Positions 55,643-64,000 of a stretch of 64,000 nt of DNA are shown in pieces. Position numbers and translations under genes: made by a program. The stretch comes from a virus. The DNA is taken from IMG/VR virus record IMGVR_UViG_3300043466_002666; one strand, given 5' to 3'. Each line of letters starts with the position of its first letter. Within the stretch, counting starts at the first letter, position 1. The notes under the pieces were generated by a model. The model was not told the DNA's origin and did not search any database. It saw nothing but the letters and a program-made list of their open reading frames with translations.

Positions 55643-56641
55643 GGAGCTGCTAGTAAAAGTTATAATAGTGAATATCAAAAGGGCCAATTTGGCAAGGATT
55701 TATATTGGCCAGATAAACAAAATATGTTTGATATGTTGCAGATGGATGTATTAGAATACGTTCCCATATCAAAGGCAGTATCTACCAGTACCGCAACAGA
55801 ATTTACTGCATTAACTGATATTCAAAGTGTTGATACAGTATATAATATAGTAGATGGTTCTAGAAAACCGGATGGCAGAAAAAAATTAAATACAATTTTA
55901 CTTCCAATTCCAAATGATATTAATTATTCAGATCAATTAGATTGGTCAACTAGCCAGATGAACATTTTAGGAAAAATGTTACCAGCATTGGCAGGTGCAG
56001 CTGCAAATGGTCAAGGAAATGTAGGAGAATTAATTTCAAAACTAGCTCGTGGTGGAACTCCAGAATTCATATTGAATGCAATAAAAAATGTTCCTGGTGC
56101 TCCGCCAGCCGAAGCATTGACTCAAGGAATTGGCGGAAAAATCCTTAACCCATATATTGAACAAGTATTTAAAGGTATTGGCATGAGAGAATTTAATTTT
56201 TCCTGGAAGTTAGTACCAAGAAATTCAAGAGAACAAGGAAGAATTCATAATATTATTAAAGCATTACGATACTATTCACTGCCAAATTATAGCACTGCTG
56301 GTGTGGTAAATATGTCAACAGATCCAGCATTCCAAGGATTTGAGGAAAGTGTAAACTTAAAAGATAGATGGTTAACTGTTCCAAATATCTTTAAGCTAAC
56401 TTGGAGACAAGCCGGAACTGAAAGGTTAGAAATACAATCTTTACCAAGAATAAAACCTTGCGTATTAAAAAATATTCAAGTCAACTATACTCCAGATAAT
56501 GTATGGGCAACCCACATTAATACCAGTAGTGTAGGATTAAGTGGCCCAGCTCCAGTCGCATACAATATAACTATAACATTTGCAGAAACAGAAATCATTA
56601 CTGGCCATGAAGTTATTCCTGGAATAGATGGAGGATACTAA
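55640..56641 (+). CDS. gp48: baseplate tail tube cap
   Basis: ILLPIP, G.ILNPYIEQVFKG...REFNFSWKLVPRN..E...I..II, P.IF.L, PCVL.NI.VNYTPD, ITFAETE; divergent from gp4 as in cyanomyoviruses. Confidence 0.85.
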   Translation: MGAASKSYNSEYQKGQFGKDLYWPDKQNMFDMLQMDVLEYVPISKAVSTSTATEFTALTDIQSVDTVYNIVDGSRKPDGRKKLNTILLPIPNDINYSDQLDWSTSQMNILGKMLPALAGAAANGQGNVGELISKLARGGTPEFILNAIKNVPGAPPAEALTQGIGGKILNPYIEQVFKGIGMREFNFSWKLVPRNSREQGRIHNIIKALRYYSLPNYSTAGVVNMSTDPAFQGFEESVNLKDRWLTVPNIFKLTWRQAGTERLEIQSLPRIKPCVLKNIQVNYTPDNVWATHINTSSVGLSGPAPVAYNITITFAETEIITGHEVIPGIDGGY

Positions 56642-56643
56642 AA

Positions 56644-57294
56644 ATGTTTTTTGATGCACAACCAAATTTTTACTATCCATATAAAGGTGGATTAAAATTA
56701 TCTAAAAATCTATTTCGTAGAGTTAGATTTAGAGATAACCTAAATGCCCTATACGTAGCATCCACCAAATATACTATTCAGCAAGGAGAAACTCCAGAAC
56801 AAATTTCAAACAGAATATATGGTTCAACAGATTGGTATTGGACAATATTATTGATCAATAATATTATTGATATGAATAACGATTGGCCAGTATCAGATTA
56901 TGAATTAGATATTTCGATTGAAAACAAATATGGCAATGATCAAGATAAAATTCGTTTTTGGGAAACTAAGCAAATTTTTGAAGGAAATAATCTCGTATTG
57001 CAAGGTGGAATAATCATAGAGTATAATCAGAACACTACACTCCAACAAGTGCCTGGGTATTATCCTACAACATATTCATTCCGCCAACCTAATGGAACTT
57101 TATTGACAGGTGCTCAAGTTATGACTCCAGTTACAAACAGAGAATTTGAGTATAGAGAAAACGAAAAGAAAAAAGAAATATTTTTAATTAGACCAGCATT
57201 CTTAACTACCATGGAAGAAGAGATTAATTCTTTATTTGCATATGATACTGATTATAAAATTGATTCTGCTGGAGTTAGATTTTCCGAAACATAG
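56644..57294 (+). CDS. gp53: baseplate wedge subunit (LysM-like)
   Basis: KNLFRRV, YTI..GETPEQIS..IYGS.DWYWTILLINNIID...DWP, VTN.EFE...NEKK. Confidence 0.88.
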   Translation: MFFDAQPNFYYPYKGGLKLSKNLFRRVRFRDNLNALYVASTKYTIQQGETPEQISNRIYGSTDWYWTILLINNIIDMNNDWPVSDYELDISIENKYGNDQDKIRFWETKQIFEGNNLVLQGGIIIEYNQNTTLQQVPGYYPTTYSFRQPNGTLLTGAQVMTPVTNREFEYRENEKKKEIFLIRPAFLTTMEEEINSLFAYDTDYKIDSAGVRFSET

Positions 57295-57298
57295 ATAT

Positions 57299-57323
57299 AA
57301 AAAAGGGGGGTCTATGACCCCCC
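57299..57323 (-). terminator. intrinsic terminator of gp32, between convergent genes
   Basis: GGGGGGTC-ATA-GACCCCCC hairpin followed by T6 on the minus strand. Confidence 0.8.
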
Positions 57324-57330
57324 AAGTATA

Positions 57331-58227
57331 TCAGTCTTCTTCAGCTAGTCGAGCAAAGTAACTTAGAGTATCATCTTCATCATCACTACTGGTAGAGCGT
57401 GAAGAGAATGAAGGAGTGGCACTAGCAGCAAAGGATTCCACTGTAGTAGATTCTTCATCCTCATAAGTCTCACGATCAATACGTTGAGTTGGACGTGAGT
57501 TCAGAACATCAGTTAGACGTTTTTGAAGTTCATCATAAGTTTTGAAGTTATCTCCAGAAGTAAACTGAACTAGGCTATGAGTCTTAGAATAGATCTGCTC
57601 TAGTTGATCATCATCAAAATTACCGAGTGTACTAGGGCTAGAGAACTCAGACTTGTCATAGTTCCAGTAACCTTCAACTTTACGAAGCTTGATTTTGAAA
57701 TCTGCACCAGTCCAAAAGTCGAATGGATTGATAGGAGTTTCATCTGCAAATGCAGGTTGCATAGCTTCAGTGATTTTGTCGAAGATCTTTTTGCCAAACT
57801 TGTAAAGGAATACTTTACCTTCGTTTTCTGGATGAGCAGGATCTGTTACAACGTAAATGTTGGTGTAGTAGGATAGCTTACGTTTTTGTTTGCGAGCAAC
57901 TTCTTTGTCTTTCTCGCTGCCGCTATTCCAGAGTTGACGATTGAGATCCCCTACAGGATCCTTCTGGTTGAGAGTGGTTAGAGAGTTCTCGATATACCAA
58001 CCACCAGGACCTTGGAAAGCATGACTCCACACCTTTGCCCAAGGAACATCTTCACCTTCGGGAGCGGGGAGGAATCGGATTACAGCATAACCATTACCTG
58101 ACTTGTCCATCTCAGGCTTCCAAAACCTTTCGTCAGCACCACCTTCAGTGGCTGACATCTTTTCGATTTCTTGAGTTAGCTTTTCAAAAGAATTGTTTGA
58201 ATTACGCTTTAGTGTTGCAAAAGACAT
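57331..58227 (-). CDS. gp32: single-stranded DNA-binding protein
   Basis: DERFWKPEMDKSGNGYAVIRFLP, HAFQGPGGWYIENSLTT, FLYKFGKKIFDKI, acidic tail ending YFARLAEED. Confidence 0.97.
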   Translation of the reverse strand: MSFATLKRNSNNSFEKLTQEIEKMSATEGGADERFWKPEMDKSGNGYAVIRFLPAPEGEDVPWAKVWSHAFQGPGGWYIENSLTTLNQKDPVGDLNRQLWNSGSEKDKEVARKQKRKLSYYTNIYVVTDPAHPENEGKVFLYKFGKKIFDKITEAMQPAFADETPINPFDFWTGADFKIKLRKVEGYWNYDKSEFSSPSTLGNFDDDQLEQIYSKTHSLVQFTSGDNFKTYDELQKRLTDVLNSRPTQRIDRETYEDEESTTVESFAASATPSFSSRSTSSDDEDDTLSYFARLAEED

Positions 58228-58289
58228 GCGGATTCTCCGTATTAGTTGGATTGTTTGGATTTGGCTTGTGAACCCGAACCCATGAGACT

Positions 58290-58318
58290 ATGGTAGCAGG
58301 TTCAGACAGATTTGTCAA
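58290..58318 (-). promoter_or_regulatory. sigma70-type promoter TTGACA-17-TACCAT (extended -10 TG) for gp32
   Basis: overlaps the end of the upstream CDS, about 60 nt above the gp32 start. Confidence 0.7.
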
Positions 58319-58637
58319 GCCCTTCCTTGGCAGTGGCGATGTCCTCTTTCATCTGGATGAAGATTTGTGACACATCAACATTGGAAGGGACTCCAAGAAA
58401 TGTAGCAGATGCACGAATCATTTCTACGAATTCTTCGGCTTCTTTATCACTAGAATACTTTGCTCGGAAGTAAAGTAACTCTTGAAGTTCAACAAGTCTT
58501 TCTAGTTTATCTAGACATTCTCTACGTGTCTCCTCAGTTTTACCATCGGGACCATACATCATTCTAGCAAGTGTTTGATATAATGATGTCATCTCTTCTA
58601 ATTCATCACGAATTAATTCTTGCTCAAAGAAAGACAT
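58302..58637 (-). CDS. conserved cyanophage protein (DUF1825-like)
   Basis: MSFF..E.IR.ELEEM...L.ELQE.LY.R...S.D.EA; position between gp59 and gp32. Confidence 0.7.
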   Translation of the reverse strand: MSFFEQELIRDELEEMTSLYQTLARMMYGPDGKTEETRRECLDKLERLVELQELLYFRAKYSSDKEAEEFVEMIRASATFLGVPSNVDVSQIFIQMKEDIATAKEGLDKSV

Positions 58638-59224
58638 TAGTTTTTAACCTTTGACAAAAGTATCTGCTTATATTTAGGTTTGTCCACCGAAAGGAATGGT
58701 TCGTATTTCACGACTTTCTTTTTTATTCCTGGCCAAACCAAAGGATCCACAATGGTAGTATCAAAATCTTTGATAAAGTTTAACAATTGATTAAGAATAA
58801 CCAGTGTTTCTATAGATATTGAATTGGATAGATACTTCTTTAATAATGGAGGATGAGTAGATGTAACTTTGAAGATATCTTCAAAGCTATTGTCATTGAG
58901 TAAAGTATCTACATCATTTGCAAATACAAAACTCATACTCTGAATTTTTTTAATCCATTCAGTATACACAGAAGTATTCTGTAATTTGTAGATATCTCCG
59001 ATCCAAGTATCTTCATTCTGCACAAAATGTGATACAAAATATTGTATCAATTCTTCTTGATTAAATTTTGTGCCTAGCTTTTTAAAAAAATATTTGTCCC
59101 TTCGTTTTTCAAAAGATTGAAGGGTAGTTCTTGTCTTTCCGTTAAAAATAAAATAGTTGTAGCTATCTGAAGTGAAATGTAATTTTATGGCAAGATAAAG
59201 TTTATAAACTTCAAATCCATTCAT
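58637..59224 (-). CDS. gp59: helicase loader
   Basis: FEVYKLYLAIKLHFT...Y.YF..NGK......SFEKRRDKYFFKKL, HPPLLK.YL...ISIETLVIL. Confidence 0.9.
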   Translation of the reverse strand: MNGFEVYKLYLAIKLHFTSDSYNYFIFNGKTRTTLQSFEKRRDKYFFKKLGTKFNQEELIQYFVSHFVQNEDTWIGDIYKLQNTSVYTEWIKKIQSMSFVFANDVDTLLNDNSFEDIFKVTSTHPPLLKKYLSNSISIETLVILNQLLNFIKDFDTTIVDPLVWPGIKKKVVKYEPFLSVDKPKYKQILLSKVKN

Positions 59225-59565
59225 AAAGGAAGTCTTGCACGAGAAGTTCGTTTCATAAAGTTCATACGCTGTGCATCAACTTTAAGTTTTTCTTTTAGTG
59301 GTTTTGAAATTAGTTTAGAAACATTTTCTAATTCAATTTGGTTTTCTTCACAGTATACCAGTACTGCATCAATATAGTTGAGACCACCTTGATTGGTTTT
59401 GACGATCTCTTCTACTTCCATAGAAAATTTAGCTGCGGTCATAAATTTATCTTCAATAAGTTGATCAAAACATTCAGATGCATATGGAGAATTTTTGTAA
59501 AAATGTTCATTTCGTACTGGACCTTTACCAGACTTTTTTAGCTGTTTATTAGAATCCATATGCAT
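59221..59565 (-). CDS. gp33: late promoter transcription co-activator
   Basis: KFS.EVEEIV......YIDAVL.YCEEN.IE.E.V.KLISKPLKEKLK.DA...NFMK. Confidence 0.9.
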   Translation of the reverse strand: MHMDSNKQLKKSGKGPVRNEHFYKNSPYASECFDQLIEDKFMTAAKFSMEVEEIVKTNQGGLNYIDAVLVYCEENQIELENVSKLISKPLKEKLKVDAQRMNFMKRTSRARLPL

Positions 59566-59571
59566 CTAAAA

Positions 59572-60234
59572 TTAGTGGGTATTATTCCAATGGTCAATAT
59601 AAGTCATGAGAACTTTCATGTATTTCATGATGTCGTACTCCTGGAAGACTTGAATTTCTCCATCTTCACAGGCAATTAAAGTAACAAGTTTCTTTACTTT
59701 GATACCAGTACGTTCATAATACATCATTGCATATGCACATTCCTGTGCAATGTAATTCTCAATCCATTCTCGTTTCTTTGGTTCAGTGGAAGATTTAAAG
59801 TCTATGATTGCCAGCTCATTTTCATATTCGGCAATACAATCAACTCTTCCAGCAAGTTTTAATTTATCACTATACAAGGCACCTTCTAGAACATGGATGT
59901 TGTTAATTTTGTCCAGAAAGGGCTTCAAGTGTTTAAACATGAATAGAGGAAGTACTTTGGTTTTATACTTCTCTTCATCGAATACATTATTTAGGTAATC
60001 TTCATTCATGGAATGAAGACTAGTACCTCTAGAAGCTGCCCTAGAAGAAATACGATTTGCTTCTGCTTCACCTACACGTTTTCTCCATTCCAGAATTGAT
60101 TTCTTTGATTTTGCACCAATAACAGTTGTAACGGAAGGATACTTGTTACCTTCTGGAGTAACATACATCCTTCCACTATCTGTAGTCTCTGCGACCAAAT
60201 CAATCAAATCAGCATTATTTAGATGTACAAACAC
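59572..60234 (-). CDS. PD-(D/E)XK exonuclease
   Basis: YPSVTTVI, WRKRVGE.EANRIS..A..RGT..H, AGRVDCIAEY...LAIIDFKSS, Q..AY. Confidence 0.88.
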   Translation of the reverse strand: MFVHLNNADLIDLVAETTDSGRMYVTPEGNKYPSVTTVIGAKSKKSILEWRKRVGEAEANRISSRAASRGTSLHSMNEDYLNNVFDEEKYKTKVLPLFMFKHLKPFLDKINNIHVLEGALYSDKLKLAGRVDCIAEYENELAIIDFKSSTEPKKREWIENYIAQECAYAMMYYERTGIKVKKLVTLIACEDGEIQVFQEYDIMKYMKVLMTYIDHWNNTH

Positions 60235-60236
60235 TA

Positions 60237-60992
60237 TCAGAATCCCAAATTCAATTTACTAATTAGATAACTCCTGATTAGGCCAGAACGAACAATGTCT
60301 TCAATTCCAAATTCTACCATAGAGAACTCTTCCATAGTTTGAAGAATACTCATAAAATTAAGAATACCATTTCTTTCGTTGGTCTTTACTAGATCAGTTT
60401 GTTGAACATCCCCACAAAAAATAATTTTAGAATTTTGTCCTACACGAGTAATAATAGAATCTAATTCATGAAAGTTTAGGTTCTGACTTTCATCCACAAT
60501 GATAATACAATCATCTAGGGTTGTGCCTCTAATGAATGATGTACTCCAGAAACTAACTGTTCCTTGACCTTTTAGATTCCCATATAGAGCTTCAAAGGAA
60601 GCATCATCTGGCATCTCAAACATGTACTTTACCATATTCTTATATGGAATCTGATAAAGTGAAGACTTATCTTCATGATCCCCAGGAAGGAAACCAATCT
60701 CCCTAGTCGAAACTAGAGATCGAACCATATACACTTTTTCATATGGTGTCTTTTCATTCATTACATCTCTTAGTGCAAGATATAAACTGACAAAAGTTTT
60801 ACCAGTTCCTGCAGCTCCATATAGGAAAAGATTTTTCTGCTTTGAATATTCTTCAAATACTTTTTCCTGGGCTGGAGTTAAAGGAGCAATCTCCTTCATG
60901 TGATCTGAATTAATTGGCTTTTTACGTCTCATTTTTTTATTAGAGATATCTGCAAATGATGGTTCGATTTTCTTTCTGCGGGAACTTGTCAT
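60237..60992 (-). CDS. phoH: PhoH-family ATPase
   Basis: GAAGTGKT, REIGFLPG, SFIRGTTLD..IIIVDESQN, ITRVG..SKIIFCGD..QTDL, DIVRSGL. Confidence 0.95.
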   Translation of the reverse strand: MTSSRRKKIEPSFADISNKKMRRKKPINSDHMKEIAPLTPAQEKVFEEYSKQKNLFLYGAAGTGKTFVSLYLALRDVMNEKTPYEKVYMVRSLVSTREIGFLPGDHEDKSSLYQIPYKNMVKYMFEMPDDASFEALYGNLKGQGTVSFWSTSFIRGTTLDDCIIIVDESQNLNFHELDSIITRVGQNSKIIFCGDVQQTDLVKTNERNGILNFMSILQTMEEFSMVEFGIEDIVRSGLIRSYLISKLNLGF

Positions 60993-61222
60993 ACTTCAAA
61001 TGTGGAATTAGGATATGATTTTTTGATGCGTCCTAGAACGTCTTTAAATGAGCCAGGAACTTTGGTATTTTTCCAGTCTCCGACTTCACTAACAGAAGAC
61101 ATTCCAGTAGGAACCTGAGTAATGTGTGGATTTTCTTTTAGATAAGGTTCCCTTTCTGCCATATACATCCACTTCTCAAACATTTCACCAGTATTGTTAT
61201 CTAGGAATTTATACGTTGGCAA
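60989..61222 (-). CDS. FmdB-like small putative regulatory protein
   Basis: MPTYKF....TGE.FE...M...E.YLKENP pattern upstream of phoH; TTG start with GGAGG RBS. Confidence 0.7.
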   Translation of the reverse strand: MPTYKFLDNNTGEMFEKWMYMAEREPYLKENPHITQVPTGMSSVSEVGDWKNTKVPGSFKDVLGRIKKSYPNSTFEV

Positions 61223-61224
61223 AG

Positions 61225-61770
61225 TTATACCTCCATTTGTTCAAACCATTCGGGAATTATTGCTGGAGATTTCCATTTCGCAAAAGAAACTTTTTCTCCA
61301 ATATAATAGTTGCGATATGACTGAATTGAATCAGTTTGCTTGTATTTATCGGGCATTGCCGGAGGGGGTTCAGTCCATCCAAGCTCTGGAAGATTGTTAG
61401 GAATATTCTGCAAATATCCTTTTAGAGATTCAGTAGCATGAAACTTGCCATATCTCCTGGTGTATTCGATACAACATTGTTCAAAGAGTTCATAGAGCCA
61501 TTTGTAATGTGATCGAGAACTCCTAACCCACACAGCAGAAGGGTGGTTGATATGACAAGCTTTATAGATATTTGATTCTCTGGGTTCATCGAGTTTGAAT
61601 CTCTTGACTTGTCGATTCTTACTAGAAAGTTCGTAATAACCAATACCGTCAAGAACTCGATGAGCAGTTGAAAGAAGTTGTGCATACTCAACAATCATTT
61701 TAACAACATGTTTATCACAATGTTCTTGAGCACACACAACTGGATTGTAGTTCAAATAAAAGATGTTCAT
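61225..61770 (-). CDS. pyrimidine-dimer DNA glycosylase / endonuclease V-like protein
   Basis: MNIFYL..NP..CA..HCDKHVVKMI.E.AQLLSTAH, HINHPSAVW, EYTRRYGK.H, PPAMPD.YK...YRNYY. Confidence 0.82.
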   Translation of the reverse strand: MNIFYLNYNPVVCAQEHCDKHVVKMIVEYAQLLSTAHRVLDGIGYYELSSKNRQVKRFKLDEPRESNIYKACHINHPSAVWVRSSRSHYKWLYELFEQCCIEYTRRYGKFHATESLKGYLQNIPNNLPELGWTEPPPAMPDKYKQTDSIQSYRNYYIGEKVSFAKWKSPAIIPEWFEQMEV

Positions 61771-61789
61771 AATATAAGGGGAGATCAGA

Positions 61790-62452
61790 TTACCAGTCTA
61801 ACGCTTCGGCAAGGTCAGGGAAAGCAGTTTTAAATACTTCTTTACATTCATTGGCAATGTCCATGTGCTCCTTTTGAGTGCCGTGGGCAGAGCGAAGATT
61901 AATATAATGAATCCATGACCTGGCTGAGCCCTTCATATAGATTCTAGTTGGAGTTGATAATGGAAGTACAAACCTTGCACATTCCTTAGCAACACCCTGA
62001 CTCAGAAGACTGTCATAAAGTTGTTGTCCTCGTTCAAAGTATTCTTGAATTTCTCCTTGCATCTTGAGCTTTACATAATCACCAAAATCATCAATAGAGT
62101 TTTGGCGATTCTTGTCATCTTGTCTGCGAAGATCAGGAATCACAGGACGATCAGAAAGAAGTTTGGTATCAGCATACCTCTGTGAAAATTCTTGAAATGT
62201 GAAGCTCCTATGTCGAAGCACTTGGGCTGCGATTCCTCTAGTAGTATTGATCTCTAGAGTCATATCAGCTTGTTCAAAAATTGACCAGTGATTCTGACGA
62301 ATACAATAACGAAGAAGTTTAGCTGCAGTATCAAAATTTTCTTGATTTGCTGGATTACTTACACGAGCAGTATAAGTAATCACTTCTTGAGCAGACTTAC
62401 CTTCTAGTTTGCCTGCACCTTGACTGAGTGAAATCAAATAAACATTGCTCAT
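61790..62452 (-). CDS. thyX: flavin-dependent thymidylate synthase
   Basis: ARVSNP, HWSIFE, QVLRHRSFTFQEFSQRY, KECARFVLP, RSWIHYI.LR....TQKEH. Confidence 0.97.
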   Translation of the reverse strand: MSNVYLISLSQGAGKLEGKSAQEVITYTARVSNPANQENFDTAAKLLRYCIRQNHWSIFEQADMTLEINTTRGIAAQVLRHRSFTFQEFSQRYADTKLLSDRPVIPDLRRQDDKNRQNSIDDFGDYVKLKMQGEIQEYFERGQQLYDSLLSQGVAKECARFVLPLSTPTRIYMKGSARSWIHYINLRSAHGTQKEHMDIANECKEVFKTAFPDLAEALDW

Positions 62453-62454
62453 AA

Positions 62455-62712
62455 TTACTTTTTCTTTTTAGGTTGCTTTGGTTCAACTCCCCATAGCTTG
62501 GGGTTTACTTTTCCGTCTGTCCAACAAATGTTTTTCAGACCTTCTCGATACTGATCCCAGTACATGTCGAAGATCTGAGCCCGCTTGTTACATACCACTA
62601 TATCATACTTTTCCTGGTTGTCAAGTAGATAGGTGACCAGATATGAATTCAGAGGAAGAGATTTATCTTTTGCTAGTTCTTTACTACAGTCTTTATGTAC
62701 AATTTTACACAT
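62455..62712 (-). CDS. conserved cyanophage hypothetical protein
   Basis: start re-assigned to ATG 62712; LPLNSYLVTY...YDIV...IFD.YWD...G.VNPKLW. Confidence 0.7.
   Translation of the reverse strand: MCKIVHKDCSKELAKDKSLPLNSYLVTYLLDNQEKYDIVVCNKRAQIFDMYWDQYREGLKNICWTDGKVNPKLWGVEPKQPKKKK
62597..62624 (-). promoter_or_regulatory. possible sigma70-type promoter TTGACA-16-TATAGT upstream of thyX
   Basis: intragenic, extended -10 TG, short spacer. Confidence 0.4.
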
Positions 62713-62713
62713 A

Positions 62714-63166
62714 TCACGACCTATTTCCCCACTGGATTTCGGGATATGCCTCCTCCACACATGCTCTGGTAATCTTATACTTTTTACCTAGAGTTTTATC
62801 TTTTACCATACAAAGCACCTTTGCTTCATCTTGGTGAAGTCCTTCCAGTAACTGAATGAACATGACCTCTCGTTTGCTAGTTGATAGACCATCATTACCA
62901 CCCTTTACGAAATTGTATAGAATTCTGTATTGGTGAAGTAAGCGAGTGTGTTCAGTATCTGCAGGAGCTTCGTTAGGAGTATATGGAACTTCTCCCTCGG
63001 GTAAAAGACTAATTACACTATCATCAAAATTCCAAATTAAAATTGATTGTAGTGCTGCAGTTTTATACCTATGCAGTAATTCAATTTTTTCTTTTTTTGT
63101 TTTTGCATTGGAAACTTTTTGCAATACTTCAGAAAGCAAAAGTCTCTCTACTGGTAGTTCAGCCAT
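62714..63166 (-). CDS. conserved T4-like phage protein (DUF6433-like)
   Basis: LLSEVLQKVSNAKTK.EKI, IWNFD......LPEGEVPY, KRE.MFIQLLEGLH.DEA. Confidence 0.8.
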   Translation of the reverse strand: MAELPVERLLLSEVLQKVSNAKTKKEKIELLHRYKTAALQSILIWNFDDSVISLLPEGEVPYTPNEAPADTEHTRLLHQYRILYNFVKGGNDGLSTSKREVMFIQLLEGLHQDEAKVLCMVKDKTLGKKYKITRACVEEAYPEIQWGNRS

Positions 63167-63169
63167 GAG

Positions 63170-64000
63170 TTAAAAATCCTCCAATTCATTTAATAATGAG
63201 ACTAGTTTATTTTCAATGAAATAATTCATTGAAACCTTATTAGGTTTACTACTATTTAATAGATTAAATTCGGTGACAATTTTATCTTCTATTTCAGATG
63301 GAATTTGCGTAAGATCAATTAGTTTTAAATTCCGATGGTAGTTTGATAATTGTTCTTCATTACAATAAGTTTCTGGTTCTGAATGAATCCACTTAGCAAT
63401 GTTCTTTTTACTAATTGGTTTTTGTCTTTTGCCAGTGACAAAAGTATCAGAAGCAGATAAAAAGTTAGGAATGCCATCAGACCTATCACCTTTAATTACG
63501 TGTTCTTTTATATAAAGTTTTGGATTTATGTCGGCATTGACATATTTCTTTTGGGTAGGATTATACTGAGATACACAAGGATACTTTAATAATTGAATGA
63601 AGTCCTTATCTCCAGATAAAATTAAAACTTTTTCGGTGGATAGATTTTGTTTTTGTCGTTGAATGTTCTGTGTAGCAACAAATTTAGATAATGCTGCGAT
63701 TATATCATCTGCTTCTGCTCCATACACTTCCATAACAACGTATGGAAAATTGTCACGAATTTCATCACGTATTTTGTTGAGAATGTCAAAAATTTGACTC
63801 CAATCAAATGATGATTTTTCTCGGTCTTTTTTTCTGTTTTGTTTATAATATGGGAAGTATTCTTTTCTCCAATAGTGTTTGCTATCGTAACAAAGAACTA
63901 AATTCCCATATTCGGCATGAAATTTCTTTTTGTATGATTTGAGAGATGTAAGTACCATGTGACGGACCATATTTTCATCAAGTCCGTCACTCAGTCTAGT
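63170..64000 (-). CDS. rnh: T4-type RNase H / 5'-3' exonuclease (5' end probably outside the window)
   Basis: YWRKEYFPYYK.NRKK, EADDIIA, ILSGDKDFIQL, GDRSDGIPN, RNLKLIDL; frame open to the window edge and N-terminal motifs missing. Confidence 0.92.
   Translation of the reverse strand, partial: TRLSDGLDENMVRHMVLTSLKSYKKKFHAEYGNLVLCYDSKHYWRKEYFPYYKQNRKKDREKSSFDWSQIFDILNKIRDEIRDNFPYVVMEVYGAEADDIIAALSKFVATQNIQRQKQNLSTEKVLILSGDKDFIQLLKYPCVSQYNPTQKKYVNADINPKLYIKEHVIKGDRSDGIPNFLSASDTFVTGKRQKPISKKNIAKWIHSEPETYCNEEQLSNYHRNLKLIDLTQIPSEIEDKIVTEFNLLNSSKPNKVSMNYFIENKLVSLLNELEDF

Noticed and set aside
58255-58290. GGTTCG-containing stretch as a tRNA T-arm
   Set aside because: No cloverleaf, acceptor stem or anticodon arm can be built; interpreted as the gp32 leader
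59572-60234. Exonuclease as Cas4 / a CRISPR component
   Set aside because: No Fe-S cysteine cluster, array or other cas genes; it occupies the usual phoH-exonuclease-gp33 position of cyanomyoviruses
61771-61800. TAGACT-18-TATATT promoter-like sequence before the denV-like gene
   Set aside because: The -10 box directly abuts the ATG, leaving no room for a transcription start

Overview
64 kb of a low-GC T4-like cyanomyovirus (Kyanoviridae-like) genome, coded almost entirely on the minus strand. In coordinate order: (1) 0.5-4.0 kb is a five-gene, translationally coupled RNA-repair cluster: T4 Rnl1-type ligase, stand-alone PNK-type kinase, Zn-dependent deaminase, PNK-type HAD phosphatase and DRB0094/Rnl5-type ligase. 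(2) 4.0-13.6 kb is a dense array of about 40 small overlapping hypothetical genes with internal paralog families, recurring ATGACT(G/A)A junctions, sigma70-type promoters and one protein with a TacA/DUF1778-antitoxin-like C-terminus. (3) 13.6-57.3 kb is a tail/baseplate module: 2865-aa repeat-built tail fibre, 1834-aa and 4615-aa virion proteins, gp5, gp27-like, two M23-peptidase-bearing tape-measure-like paralogs, gp51/gp26, gp54, gp2, gp4, gp48 and gp53, with speD and CP12 inserted. (4) 57.3-64 kb holds conserved replication/metabolism genes: gp32, gp59, gp33, exonuclease, phoH, denV-like, thyX and RNase H. The strongest candidates for undescribed biology are the deaminase-containing RNA-repair operon, a predicted -1 ribosomal frameshift fusing gp26 to a start-less gp51, and the antitoxin-mimic-like ORF. 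No tRNA, CRISPR array, intron, intein or reverse transcriptase was recognised. All family assignments come from motif recognition by eye; no database searches were run.
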